Source of the DNA: a virus
Virus record (IMG/VR): IMGVR_UViG_3300009124_000007
Span: 12,967 to 76,966 of that record
Strand: one strand, 5' to 3'
Length of the DNA stretch: 64,000 nucleotides
A program made the position numbers and the translations under genes. The stretch's first letter is position 1; each line of letters opens with the position of its first letter. The notes beneath the pieces were generated by a model. The model worked only from the letters and a program-made list of their open reading frames with translations, ran no database searches and was not told where the DNA came from. Positions 39,175-47,259 of the stretch are shown here, piece by piece.

Positions 39175-39434
39175 CGTTCATCTTACAATTATAGTAAGAC
39201 GCAAGTAAGTCGCGGAACGGAGCGTTCATCCTATGTTATCATTGGCACTCATCTTTTTTAGTCACGTCCCAGTGGAGAATTATCTTCGCTGTGAAGACTA
39301 TGAATGGTTGAAGCAGGGACTACAAGAGACAACTCTTTTCACTCCCTTTGAGAAATCTGATATTCTCATCCACTGGATGAATCATACAGATCCTCATTGT
39401 TTTGATAGCAAGGACGCACACGACTGAAGGAACG
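39175..39434 (+). ncRNA. glutamine-riboswitch-like (glnA/Downstream-peptide type) double aptamer
   Basis: Two CGUUCA-stem-CGCA...GGAACG units, AGUA/GAA E-loop, AGUCG/CGACU stem; late promoter TATAAATA at 39140; upstream of YRG peptides. Confidence 0.7.
39233..39427 (+). CDS. 64-aa ORF embedded in the second aptamer
   Basis: GGAG SD at 39219-22, ATG 39233, hydrophobic N-terminus, two Cys. Confidence 0.55.
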   Translation: MLSLALIFFSHVPVENYLRCEDYEWLKQGLQETTLFTPFEKSDILIHWMNHTDPHCFDSKDAHD

Positions 39435-39470
39435 GGATTTAATTATCTCATTTCTTTAGGAGTACCTACA

Positions 39471-39635
39471 ATGAACACACTAACCCTTATCAAGAAGCAG
39501 ATCCAGAAGCAAGCAGCACTTCACGATGCTCAGATTGCGATGACCACTTATCGTGGTGTTCGCTATGAGTGCCAGCAAGGTGCTGAAGAAGTTCATGGAA
39601 CATTCTGCTATCGCGGTCACACTTATAACAAGTGA
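39471..39635 (+). CDS. DUF4278-like YRG peptide
   Basis: AGGAG SD; MNTLTLIKKQI...TYRGVRY...CYRGHTY. Confidence 0.8.
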   Translation: MNTLTLIKKQIQKQAALHDAQIAMTTYRGVRYECQQGAEEVHGTFCYRGHTYNK

Positions 39636-39636
39636 T

Positions 39637-39804
39637 ATGGAAAACTATGTCTATCATCATGATGACATGGATAAAGATAGCAGACCACCCAGTTGTTATC
39701 AACTCAAATATAGAGGAGTAACATACTGGTCCTGCTATAATATGCACTTGCATGAATACTTTGAGCGTCTGCTTGAAGTTGAAGCAAGTAACAGGGGACG
39801 GTGA
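39637..39804 (+). CDS. second YRG-motif peptide
   Basis: MENYVYHHDDMDKDSRPPSCYQLKYRGVTY. Confidence 0.65.
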   Translation: MENYVYHHDDMDKDSRPPSCYQLKYRGVTYWSCYNMHLHEYFERLLEVEASNRGR

Positions 39805-39822
39805 CATACCGTCCCTTTTTTT
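39793..39822 (+). terminator. intrinsic terminator
   Basis: GGGACGGT-GACAT-ACCGTCCC-TTTTTTT. Confidence 0.8.
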
Positions 39823-39858
39823 ATGTCTGCGAATAGATATAGCAGACGCTAATTCATT

Positions 39859-40026
39859 ATGCCGAGATCTGCTTTGAACAAGAATGACATGCTCTACAGG
39901 GTCTACAAACTAAAGACTGGTCTGCATGACGGAACCATGTGGGGAGACGCCTCAGAGGAGCATAAAGAGGGCGTACACGATGCCTTAGGGAAGGTGCTAG
40001 AGATTCTAAACGAATACTCCTCTTGA
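39859..40026 (+). CDS. small hypothetical protein (55 aa)
   Basis: MPRSALNKNDMLYRVYKLK...LEILNEYSS, read directly from the sequence. Confidence 0.55.
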   Translation: MPRSALNKNDMLYRVYKLKTGLHDGTMWGDASEEHKEGVHDALGKVLEILNEYSS

Positions 40027-40074
40027 CATACATATCTAAAATAACTAGAATCAACACTGTCAGGGTTGGAAGAG

Positions 40075-40227
40075 ATGGAACAGAGAAAGCTAAAAGAGAT
40101 TATCAATGATCTAGAGAAAGTTCTAGATGATTTGAAATCAGAGGTCTATTCGGACCCTTCTAAATATCTTCAAGACATTGGATCCAATGTCAAGATTGGA
40201 GATGATAACGATGGAGAAGCAGATTGA
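40075..40227 (+). CDS. small hypothetical protein (50 aa)
   Basis: MEQRKLKEIINDLE...LKSEVYSDP, read directly from the sequence. Confidence 0.55.
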   Translation: MEQRKLKEIINDLEKVLDDLKSEVYSDPSKYLQDIGSNVKIGDDNDGEAD

Positions 40228-40660
40228 TTATGAAAACCCCTGGATTTATGAAGGTACTCCCTTCACTAGCGAGGATATTGGTGATTACTACGGGTTTGTG
40301 TACAGTATCCGTAACCTCATTTCTGATAGGCGTTACATTGGCAGAAAGTACTTCTGGTCGTTACGAAAGCCTAGAGGCAAAAGTAGGAGAGTTAGAAGTG
40401 AAAGTGACTGGAAGAAATACTATGGCAGTTCTGATGAAGTTGCTGCAGATGTCAAAGAGTATGGAAAGATACAGTTTGAAAGAACTATAATCAGCCTACA
40501 TAAAACAAAGGGTCAATGCAATTTTGAAGAGACCCGACAACTTTTTCTACACAATGTACTAACGGAGGAGATGTCAGATGGAACACCTGCTTACTACAAC
40601 AGCAATATTCTCGGTCGGTACATGCGGAAGGACTATTTCCGAGGTGGCACTTGCTCTTGA
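40211..40660 (+). CDS. GIY-YIG endonuclease, T4 endonuclease II-like
   Basis: GFVY...RYIGRKYFW...ESDWKKYYGS...YYNSNI. Confidence 0.85.
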   Translation: MEKQIDYENPWIYEGTPFTSEDIGDYYGFVYSIRNLISDRRYIGRKYFWSLRKPRGKSRRVRSESDWKKYYGSSDEVAADVKEYGKIQFERTIISLHKTKGQCNFEETRQLFLHNVLTEEMSDGTPAYYNSNILGRYMRKDYFRGGTCS

Positions 40661-40686
40661 CGCACCAGGGTAACACCTGCTATAAT
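40657..40686 (+). promoter_or_regulatory. sigma70-type promoter
   Basis: TTGACG-18-TATAAT with extended TG. Confidence 0.7.
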
Positions 40687-40712
40687 TACGGAGTAGTCAA
40701 CCAATGAGGGAC

Positions 40713-40931
<219 letters not shown>

Positions 40932-40971
40932 TTCCTCGCAAGAGGAAATGTTCAATGCTTAGGACAGAGAT

Positions 40972-41172
40972 ATGACTACCGCACAAAAGTTCGCACCTGT
41001 AACCAACATTCTTCGCGATGCCGTTACAGGAGATGTAAGTCTCGACACTGACTATCCTATTATTTTCCAAAAGGTCTATAGACATTACGAGGAAAAAGGT
41101 GTAGACTTCTATGGTAACTCAGAAGAGGATTACGCAATCCTCATCGACCGTCTTGAAATTGACTTGTTCTAA
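40972..41172 (+). CDS. conserved hypothetical protein
   Basis: VSLDTDYP...YRHYEEKGVDFYG. Confidence 0.65.
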   Translation: MTTAQKFAPVTNILRDAVTGDVSLDTDYPIIFQKVYRHYEEKGVDFYGNSEEDYAILIDRLEIDLF

Positions 41173-41175
41173 ACT

Positions 41176-41415
41176 ATGAAAACCAAAGTCCTCCTAGAAC
41201 GTTATCCTTATCGATACGTGGAGTGTGGCATCCTAGAAATCAATGGGATGCCCGACTTCCGTCTCCAAAAGGCAAATGAGTACACAAAGCGATACTCTGA
41301 CATCTATCTTTTTGACAATGGCGCTCAATGTTCACTCGCTATTGAGGACTTTGAATACACGAAATGGTTAGATCCTGATCGTGTTCCCTGTTATGTACGT
41401 GATTCCTGCTCTTGA
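41176..41415 (+). CDS. conserved hypothetical protein
   Basis: LERYPYRYVECG...EDFEYTKWLDP. Confidence 0.7.
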   Translation: MKTKVLLERYPYRYVECGILEINGMPDFRLQKANEYTKRYSDIYLFDNGAQCSLAIEDFEYTKWLDPDRVPCYVRDSCS

Positions 41416-41417
41416 TT

Positions 41418-41633
41418 ATGAACGTGTATGATCAGGCAGTTGCTTCTGCAAAAGAAGCATTCAAAACTGCCCTAGATACTGATGTAGATGCTTCTACATT
41501 GTCTGAACTCTGGAGACATTATCTTGGACTACGAGCAATCGTTGACAAGATTGCCCAGACAGACAAACCACAATTCAATATTGATTTACAACAATCGCCT
41601 TTGACTTTTGGAGATGATCGCATCAGTCTCTAG
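41418..41633 (+). CDS. hypothetical protein
   Basis: SELWRHYLGL; operon packing. Confidence 0.6.
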   Translation: MNVYDQAVASAKEAFKTALDTDVDASTLSELWRHYLGLRAIVDKIAQTDKPQFNIDLQQSPLTFGDDRISL

Positions 41634-41910
41634 TCTTTGCCAATAGACTCTAAACTAGATGGTTGTAACGCATGAGAGATGTTTATACAACTCGTTGACG
41701 CGAACACCCCAAAAGAGTTTCCCCGTTCTCACAAAACGGGGTGGTGGAGTCAATTATGACCCTCTTAGTCTCGGGAAGACATAAAACTCGCCCTGGTCGG
41801 GATGGTCCTAGGACCCCTGGAGTTTCCTGCTTCTCTCAAAAGCAGGTGGTGCGGATGGGAACTCTCCCGCCTGTTTCTTATTTCAGTAAAAAATAAGTGG
41901 CGAGCCTGCT
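41634..41910 (+). ncRNA. structured ncRNA, manA/wcaG-motif-like, with three UGGYG-tailed pseudoknot units
   Basis: Non-coding gap next to a tRNA; units at 41715-46, 41820-51 and 41871-902 with compensatory changes. Confidence 0.7.
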
Positions 41911-41936
41911 CTGGGGGACTTGACCCTCCCCCTCAA

Positions 41937-42018
41937 GCACATGTGGCGGAATTGGTAGACGCGCTGGGTTTAGGTTCCAGTGACTTATGTCGTGGAGGTT
42001 CAAGTCCTCTCATGTGTA
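41937..42018 (+). tRNA. tRNA-Leu(TAG)
   Basis: Acceptor GCACATG/CATGTGT, D loop GGAATTGGTAGAC, CTGGG-TT-TAG-GT-TCCAG, long variable arm. Confidence 0.93.
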
Positions 42019-42036
42019 TACAATGAACTTAGTATT

Positions 42037-42684
42037 ATGACTCTTCTAAATCTTTTTCCCTGTCCAATTATTCGAGAACCTGCTCATCCCGAACATAACT
42101 ATCACCAGGTACAGCAAGAGATCCTACCTATCCTGAAAGCAGTAGAGGAAGGTGATCTAGAATGTGTGTCTTACATCTATAGAGACTGTAAGAAAGACAA
42201 GCAACTTGCTAAGGTCGGTAATGTTCTACCCACTTGGCAGATTGAAGATGATCTGATTGGCAAATACAATCTAGTAAATCTAGAGAAACGTATCTACGAG
42301 GCACTAGGAAAGTATTTGGGTTTCATCAAAGCAAATAAATCTGAGCACAATAAAGAAAACAAGAGTGCTGTTATCAAATGCTCTTGGATCAATATTGCCG
42401 AACGTGGAAAGTCCCACGACATTCATGCTCATCCTGGGTATGATATCGCTGGCATTTATTACTTTAGGGTGTCTGAAGATCAGGGTGGTATTACCTTCAA
42501 CAATCCTAACATGATGGTGTATAATGGTAACTTCCCTGAGGGTCAGATGACTCCCATGAGTATGGAGATCATTCCACAAGACGGAGATCTCTTCTTGTTT
42601 CCTGCCTGGTTGCAGCACGGAACAAGACCAAACAAAACTGATGACCCTAGGGTCAGTATTTCATTCAACATCAACATCGAATAA
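42037..42684 (+). CDS. 2OG-Fe(II) oxygenase (TIGR02466-like)
   Basis: SWIN...HDIHAHPG...GIYY...FPAWLQHG...RVSISFN. Confidence 0.87.
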   Translation: MTLLNLFPCPIIREPAHPEHNYHQVQQEILPILKAVEEGDLECVSYIYRDCKKDKQLAKVGNVLPTWQIEDDLIGKYNLVNLEKRIYEALGKYLGFIKANKSEHNKENKSAVIKCSWINIAERGKSHDIHAHPGYDIAGIYYFRVSEDQGGITFNNPNMMVYNGNFPEGQMTPMSMEIIPQDGDLFLFPAWLQHGTRPNKTDDPRVSISFNINIE

Positions 42685-42686
42685 TT

Positions 42687-43187
42687 ATGCAAATCCCTGA
42701 TACTCTTCTCCGCCATCGTATTGATGGTAAATTTGTGGACGTGAGAACCCACGAGGTGTTCGGAGGCAAACGAGTCGTTGTCTTTGGACTGCCTGGTGCA
42801 TTTACTCCTACCTGTAGCACTAAGCAACTGCCTGGTTTTGAAAAACTGTATACTGACATTACCACTCTTGGTATTGATGAAATCTATTGTACTTCTGTCA
42901 ATGATTCGTTCGTGATGGATGCTTGGTTCAATGACCTGGGTATTCGTTATGTGAAACCTTTTGCTGATGGTTCTGGTCACTTTGCTGCCATGATGAATAT
43001 GCTTGTGACTAAAACTAATCTTGGTTTCGGTCTTCGTTCTTGGCGTTATGCTACCATCATCAATAACCTGGAAATTGAACTGATGCGTGAGGAAGAGGGC
43101 AAACGTGATGATGCTGAAGACGATCCGTTTGAAATCTCTAACGCAGAAGGTATCCTAGAATACCTAAAGACACATCCGACTGCTTGA
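42687..43187 (+). CDS. peroxiredoxin (Prx5/type II)
   Basis: FGLPGAFTPTCS, SVNDSFVMDAW, GFGLRSWRYA. Confidence 0.9.
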   Translation: MQIPDTLLRHRIDGKFVDVRTHEVFGGKRVVVFGLPGAFTPTCSTKQLPGFEKLYTDITTLGIDEIYCTSVNDSFVMDAWFNDLGIRYVKPFADGSGHFAAMMNMLVTKTNLGFGLRSWRYATIINNLEIELMREEEGKRDDAEDDPFEISNAEGILEYLKTHPTA

Positions 43188-43212
43188 CAAGAATGTAAAA
43201 ATACTATATAAT
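43184..43212 (+). promoter_or_regulatory. sigma70 promoter of the hli cluster
   Basis: TTGACA-17-TATAAT. Confidence 0.8.
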
Positions 43213-43238
43213 TCTGTAGTAAATCTTTACAAAGCATT

Positions 43239-43457
43239 ATGACCGTCACAACTAATGAGCAGGGGCAGAACAATATGTTCGCTGTTGAACCTGCAATGTA
43301 CATGACTGATGAAGACCGCGCTAAGTATGGCATGGAGTCTCATGCAGAACGTGCAGAAAAACTAAATGGTCGCACTGCAATGCTTGGATTTGTTGCTGCA
43401 GTCATCTCGTATGCTACTACGGGTAGCGTGTTCTTCTTTGGAGCATTTGGGTTCTGA
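43239..43457 (+). CDS. hli: high-light-inducible protein
   Basis: AEKLNGRTAMLGF. Confidence 0.93.
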   Translation: MTVTTNEQGQNNMFAVEPAMYMTDEDRAKYGMESHAERAEKLNGRTAMLGFVAAVISYATTGSVFFFGAFGF

Positions 43458-43460
43458 TCT

Positions 43461-43610
43461 ATGCCAAATCCAAATGCTCTTTACGAGGACATGCAGAAGC
43501 TCGATGATTTGTATGAAGAGCTACTGTGGCATCCTGACGATGAATTACAATTTACCCACGATGGCACTAAGGTCATCATTATCAACAAAACATTGGAGGA
43601 AAAATCATGA
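43461..43610 (+). CDS. small conserved hypothetical protein
   Basis: MPNPNALYEDMQKLDDLYEELLWHPDDEL, read directly from the sequence. Confidence 0.6.
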   Translation: MPNPNALYEDMQKLDDLYEELLWHPDDELQFTHDGTKVIIINKTLEEKS

Positions 43611-43714
43611 ATGAAAAAGCAGAACGTATCAATGGTTGGGCAGCAATGATCGGTGTGATCGCTGCTATGGGTGCATACGCAACCACTGGTCAAATCATTC
43701 CTGGAATTTGGTGA
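43607..43714 (+). CDS. hli: high-light-inducible protein (35 aa, not in the ORF track)
   Basis: MNEKAERINGWAAMIGVIAAMGAYATTGQIIPGIW; GGAGG SD. Confidence 0.92.
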   Translation: MNEKAERINGWAAMIGVIAAMGAYATTGQIIPGIW

Positions 43715-43797
43715 TGGCACTAGCAGTACTGGCAGTCATTCTTTTTGGCACTTTTGTTGGTGCTGCCGTCATGACACAATCGGGCGAAGAAAACTGA
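43714..43797 (+). CDS. 27-aa single-TM peptide
   Basis: TGATG coupling; MALAVLAVILFGTFVGAAVMTQSGEEN. Confidence 0.45.
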   Translation: MALAVLAVILFGTFVGAAVMTQSGEEN

Positions 43798-43805
43798 ATA
43801 GAAAG

Positions 43806-43844
43806 AAGGGGGGTCTTGACACCCCTCTTTTTTTATTCTAATAT
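43806..43844 (+). terminator. terminator overlapping a sigma70 promoter
   Basis: GGGGT-CTTGAC-ACCCC plus T-tract; TTGACA-17-TAATAT. Confidence 0.7.
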
Positions 43845-43906
43845 ATACTCTGAGTCGTCACTCGAATCATTTCTCTTGGAGACGAATGCTGAGTTCAATT
43901 ATTTCG

Positions 43907-44494
43907 ATGCGCTTCAAAAACTTTATACCTGCTGCTGTAGTGGCAACTGCTCTTATTTCTCCTGCATGTGCAAAATCTAGCGTTGACGTTACTGTCAATG
44001 AGGAGAAGGCAGTACCCATCGAAGTGGTAGCAAAAGAGTGGAAGTGTCCTACCTGCAATAATAACGAGCAGTATGTTCTCGACCAACTCCAAGAAAAAAC
44101 CAAGATCTCAGATCGTAATGCACTTGCAACGATTATGGGAAATATCAAATCTGAAAGCAACTTCATTCCCAACATTTGCGAGGGAGGGGCTAGAGTTCCT
44201 TACAACGCTTGCCGTAGCGGGGGTTATGGTCTTATTCAGTGGACCAGTCTAGGACGCTACAATAACCTCGGTAAGTTTGCTATACGCTACGGTTACGACC
44301 CTTCCACTCTTGAAGGTCAGACGGCATATATGATCAACGAAAGCGTCTTCCAACGCTACCTTCCTGAGTTTGAAGGTACTGGTAAGACCATTGATCAGTA
44401 TATGGTTGCTGCATACTACTGGTTGGGTTGGGGCATCAAAGGTCACCGCCAACTCTATGCTTATGACTACCACAAGAAACTGGTATTTGCCTAA
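43907..44494 (+). CDS. exported lysozyme-like cell-wall hydrolase (phage tail lysozyme family)
   Basis: Signal peptide; IMGNIKSESNF and GYGLIQWT. Confidence 0.75.
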   Translation: MRFKNFIPAAVVATALISPACAKSSVDVTVNEEKAVPIEVVAKEWKCPTCNNNEQYVLDQLQEKTKISDRNALATIMGNIKSESNFIPNICEGGARVPYNACRSGGYGLIQWTSLGRYNNLGKFAIRYGYDPSTLEGQTAYMINESVFQRYLPEFEGTGKTIDQYMVAAYYWLGWGIKGHRQLYAYDYHKKLVFA

Positions 44495-44518
44495 GTAAAA
44501 ATACTCTAATTCAGGGGC

Positions 44519-44568
44519 TTGACGGATTCCCGAACCCCTGCTATACTAAATAGGTAAACAAATGTAAC
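44519..44568 (+). promoter_or_regulatory. psbA promoter: sigma70 plus overlapping late TAAATA plus HLR1-like repeat
   Basis: TTGACG-17-TATACT, CTAAATA, and TAGGTAAA-CA-AATGTAAC. Confidence 0.7.
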
Positions 44569-44591
44569 GGACCTTTACGGAGTCGTTACAA

Positions 44592-44702
44592 ACCCCTGCC
44601 GCTTGACCGAGACTAGGCAGGGTTACCAATCCGTCTCTCATATCCTTACCTGAGGGTGGTAAGGAAATAAGTATCTCCACCATTTCCCTGATGGACCTAC
44701 TT
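44592..44702 (+). ncRNA. structured psbA 5' UTR (PhotoRC-II-like motif)
   Basis: AACCCCTGCC/GGCAGGGTT stem, GAGAC/GTCTC pseudoknot pairing, TCCTTACC/GGTAAGGA hairpin. Confidence 0.65.
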
Positions 44703-44716
44703 CTTTGTACAATTTC

Positions 44717-45799
44717 ATGGCTAACTCTACTCTCGTTCAACAACGACAACAATCTACCTGGGACAACTTCTGTGACTGGGTAACTAGCACTGACAACCGT
44801 CTTTATGTTGGTTGGTTCGGTGTCCTGATGATTCCCTGCCTCTTGGCAGCGACCATCTGCTTCATCGTTGCCTTCGTGGCAGCACCTCCCGTCGATATTG
44901 ACGGTATCCGTGAACCCGTCGCTGGTTCGCTTCTCTACGGTAACAACATCATCTCTGGTGCAGTTGTTCCTTCTTCTAACGCTATCGGTCTTCACTTCTA
45001 TCCCATCTGGGAAGCAGCAAGTCTGGATGAATGGCTCTATAACGGTGGTCCTTTCCAACTCGTTATCTTCCACTTCCTGATCGGCATCTATGCTTACATG
45101 GGTCGTGAGTGGGAACTTTCTTACCGTCTGGGTATGCGTCCCTGGATCTGCGTTGCATACTCTGCTCCAGTCGCTGCTGCGAGTGCAGTGTTCCTCGTCT
45201 ATCCTTTCGGTCAGGGTTCTTTCTCCGATGCTATGCCTCTGGGTATCAGTGGCACCTTCAACTACATGCTTGTCTTCCAAGCAGAGCACAACATCCTGAT
45301 GCACCCCTTCCACATGCTCGGCGTAGCAGGTGTGTTTGGCGGTTCTCTGTTCAGTGCAATGCACGGTTCGCTGGTTACTTCTTCGCTGGTTCGTGAGACC
45401 ACCGAAAATGAGTCACAGAACTATGGTTATAAGTTTGGTCAAGAAGAAGAGACCTACAACATTGTCGCTGCTCACGGTTACTTTGGTCGTCTGATTTTCC
45501 AGTACGCATCGTTCAACAACTCCCGTTCGCTGCACTTCTTCCTCGCAGCATGGCCTGTTGTCGGCATCTGGTTCACTGCTCTTGGTGTTAGCACCATGGC
45601 ATTCAACCTGAACGGTTTCAACTTCAACCAGTCCATCATTGATGGTCAGGGTCGCGTTCTGAACACCTGGGCAGACGTTCTCAACCGTGCTGGTCTTGGT
45701 ATGGAAGTCATGCACGAGCGTAATGCTCACAACTTCCCTCTTGACCTCGCTGCTGCTGAAAGCACCCCTGTTGCTCTCACTGCTCCTTCTATCGGTTGA
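44717..45799 (+). CDS. psbA: photosystem II D1 protein
   Basis: [14 protein letters not shown]...[13 protein letters not shown]; no intron. Confidence 0.99.
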   Translation: MANSTLVQQRQQSTWDNFCDWVTSTDNRLYVGWFGVLMIPCLLAATICFIVAFVAAPPVDIDGIREPVAGSLLYGNNIISGAVVPSSNAIGLHFYPIWEAASLDEWLYNGGPFQLVIFHFLIGIYAYMGREWELSYRLGMRPWICVAYSAPVAAASAVFLVYPFGQGSFSDAMPLGISGTFNYMLVFQAEHNILMHPFHMLGVAGVFGGSLFSAMHGSLVTSSLVRETTENESQNYGYKFGQEEETYNIVAAHGYFGRLIFQYASFNNSRSLHFFLAAWPVVGIWFTALGVSTMAFNLNGFNFNQSIIDGQGRVLNTWADVLNRAGLGMEVMHERNAHNFPLDLAAAESTPVALTAPSIG

Positions 45800-45818
45800 T
45801 ATGGAACCTGGTAGTTTC

Positions 45819-45848
45819 AACCCCGCTGCTCAGGTGGCGGGGTTTTTT
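45819..45848 (+). terminator. intrinsic terminator after psbA
   Basis: CCCCGCTGC-TCAG-GTGGCGGGG-TTTTTT. Confidence 0.8.
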
Positions 45849-45895
45849 ATAGGCATTCTTACTATTGCACTTCCGTTACTTTGTGTGGTATTATT

Positions 45896-46165
45896 ATGAT
45901 TGGTAATTTGGAACCAGAGGAAAATGTTATGAGCGACAATCGTTTCACCCAAGATGATCTATGGCACATGATGCATGATCTAGGGTGGGATGTTAGTACA
46001 GATGACATCTCACTAGAAATTGGGGGAACATCTGTTTATGGTATTGATGGTGCTGGTACTAAGTGGGCACCAAAATTAGGTACTCGAAAGTACAACCAGG
46101 ATGCCTTTATCGTGATCAAAAATCGTTCACGCAATCCTGTAATCCCTTCTAAACCTATGGAGTAA
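45896..46165 (+). CDS. conserved hypothetical protein between psbA and psbD
   Basis: EIGGTSVYGIDGAGTKWAP...AFIVIKNRSR. Confidence 0.65.
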   Translation: MIGNLEPEENVMSDNRFTQDDLWHMMHDLGWDVSTDDISLEIGGTSVYGIDGAGTKWAPKLGTRKYNQDAFIVIKNRSRNPVIPSKPME

Positions 46166-46168
46166 TAA

Positions 46169-47227
46169 ATGACTACAAGTACACTTTCACAAAAATATCA
46201 AAGGGGGTGGTTCGATGTACTCGACGACTGGCTCAAGAGAGATCGTTTCGTTTTTGTTGGCTGGTCTGGACTTCTTCTTTTTCCCACTGCTTATCTTGCT
46301 CTTGGGGGTTGGCTCACTGGAACTACTTTCGCGACGAGCTGGTATACCCACGGACTCGCTTCTTCCTATCTTGAGGGTGCGAACTTTCTTACTGCAGCAG
46401 TTAGTTCTCCAGCAGATGTTATGGGTCATTCTCTTCTGCTTCTCTGGGGTCCTGAAGCTCAGGGAGATTTCGTCCGCTGGATCCAACTTGGGGGACTCTG
46501 GACTTTTGTGGCGCTCCACGGAGCCTTTGCTCTCATTGGTTTCATGCTTCGACAGTTTGAACTTGCACGTCTGATTGGTATTCGTCCTTACAATGCAATT
46601 GCTTTTTCAGGTCCTATTGCTGTATTCGTTAGTGTTTTTCTTATCTATCCTCTGGGACAGTCGTCGTGGTTCTTCGCGCCGTCGTTCGGGGTCGCAGCAA
46701 TCTTCAGGTTCCTCCTCTTCCTTCAGGGGTTCCACAACTGGACACTGAATCCATTTCACATGATGGGTGTAGCAGGTATCCTGGGTGGTGCATTGCTCTC
46801 AGCAATCCACGGTGTTACCGTAGAAAATACTCTTTATGAAGATGGTGAACAAGCAAATACTTTCAAAGCATTTGATTCGACTCAGGAAGAGGAAACTTAT
46901 TCCATGGTCACTGCTAACCGATTCTGGTCTCAGATTTTTGGTATTGCTTTCAGCAATAAGCGTTGGTTGCACTTCTTTATGCTTTTCGTTCCTGTCATGG
47001 GACTTTGGACAAGTTCTATTGGTATCATCGGTCTCGCACTCAATCTTCGTGCTTATGACTTTGTGTCTCAGGAAGTTAGAGCAGCAGAGGATCCAGAGTT
47101 TGAAACTTTCTATACGAAAAACATCCTCCTCAATGAAGGACTCCGTGCCTGGATGGCTCCAGTAGACCAACCTCATGAGAACTTCGTGTTCCCTGAAGAG
47201 GTCTTGCCAAGAGGCAACGCTCTGTGA
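46169..47227 (+). CDS. psbD: photosystem II D2 protein
   Basis: [18 protein letters not shown]...[10 protein letters not shown]. Confidence 0.99.
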   Translation: MTTSTLSQKYQRGWFDVLDDWLKRDRFVFVGWSGLLLFPTAYLALGGWLTGTTFATSWYTHGLASSYLEGANFLTAAVSSPADVMGHSLLLLWGPEAQGDFVRWIQLGGLWTFVALHGAFALIGFMLRQFELARLIGIRPYNAIAFSGPIAVFVSVFLIYPLGQSSWFFAPSFGVAAIFRFLLFLQGFHNWTLNPFHMMGVAGILGGALLSAIHGVTVENTLYEDGEQANTFKAFDSTQEEETYSMVTANRFWSQIFGIAFSNKRWLHFFMLFVPVMGLWTSSIGIIGLALNLRAYDFVSQEVRAAEDPEFETFYTKNILLNEGLRAWMAPVDQPHENFVFPEEVLPRGNAL

Positions 47228-47233
47228 TATAAT

Positions 47234-47258
47234 AAGGGGGTCTTCGGATCCCTTTTTT
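47234..47258 (+). terminator. intrinsic terminator after psbD
   Basis: GGGGTC-TTCG-GATCCC-TTTTTT. Confidence 0.75.
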
Positions 47259-47259
47259 T

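Noticed and set aside
41700-41910. Possible CRISPR-like repeat array
   Set aside because: Units share structure rather than sequence, spacing is irregular, and there are no cas genes; the Cas4-like exonuclease at 54194 is a standard T4-like phage gene
41802-42026. 74-aa plus-strand ORF across the ncRNA and tRNA-Leu
   Set aside because: Overlaps a tRNA and structured RNA; no protein features
43184-43235. HLR1 or NtcA site in the hli promoter
   Set aside because: Only isolated TTTACA half-sites, with no correctly spaced pair or GTA-N8-TAC
43851-43900. Riboswitch in the lysozyme-like gene leader
   Set aside because: Short stems can be drawn (ACTCG/TGAGT, TCTC/GAGA) but match no aptamer I recognise
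44546-45820. Long antisense ORFs (272 aa and 135 aa) opposite psbA
   Set aside because: Codon-bias shadows of a highly expressed gene; no SD, no motifs
45800-45899. Short hydrophobic ORF right after psbA
   Set aside because: Runs through the terminator hairpin; no independent support
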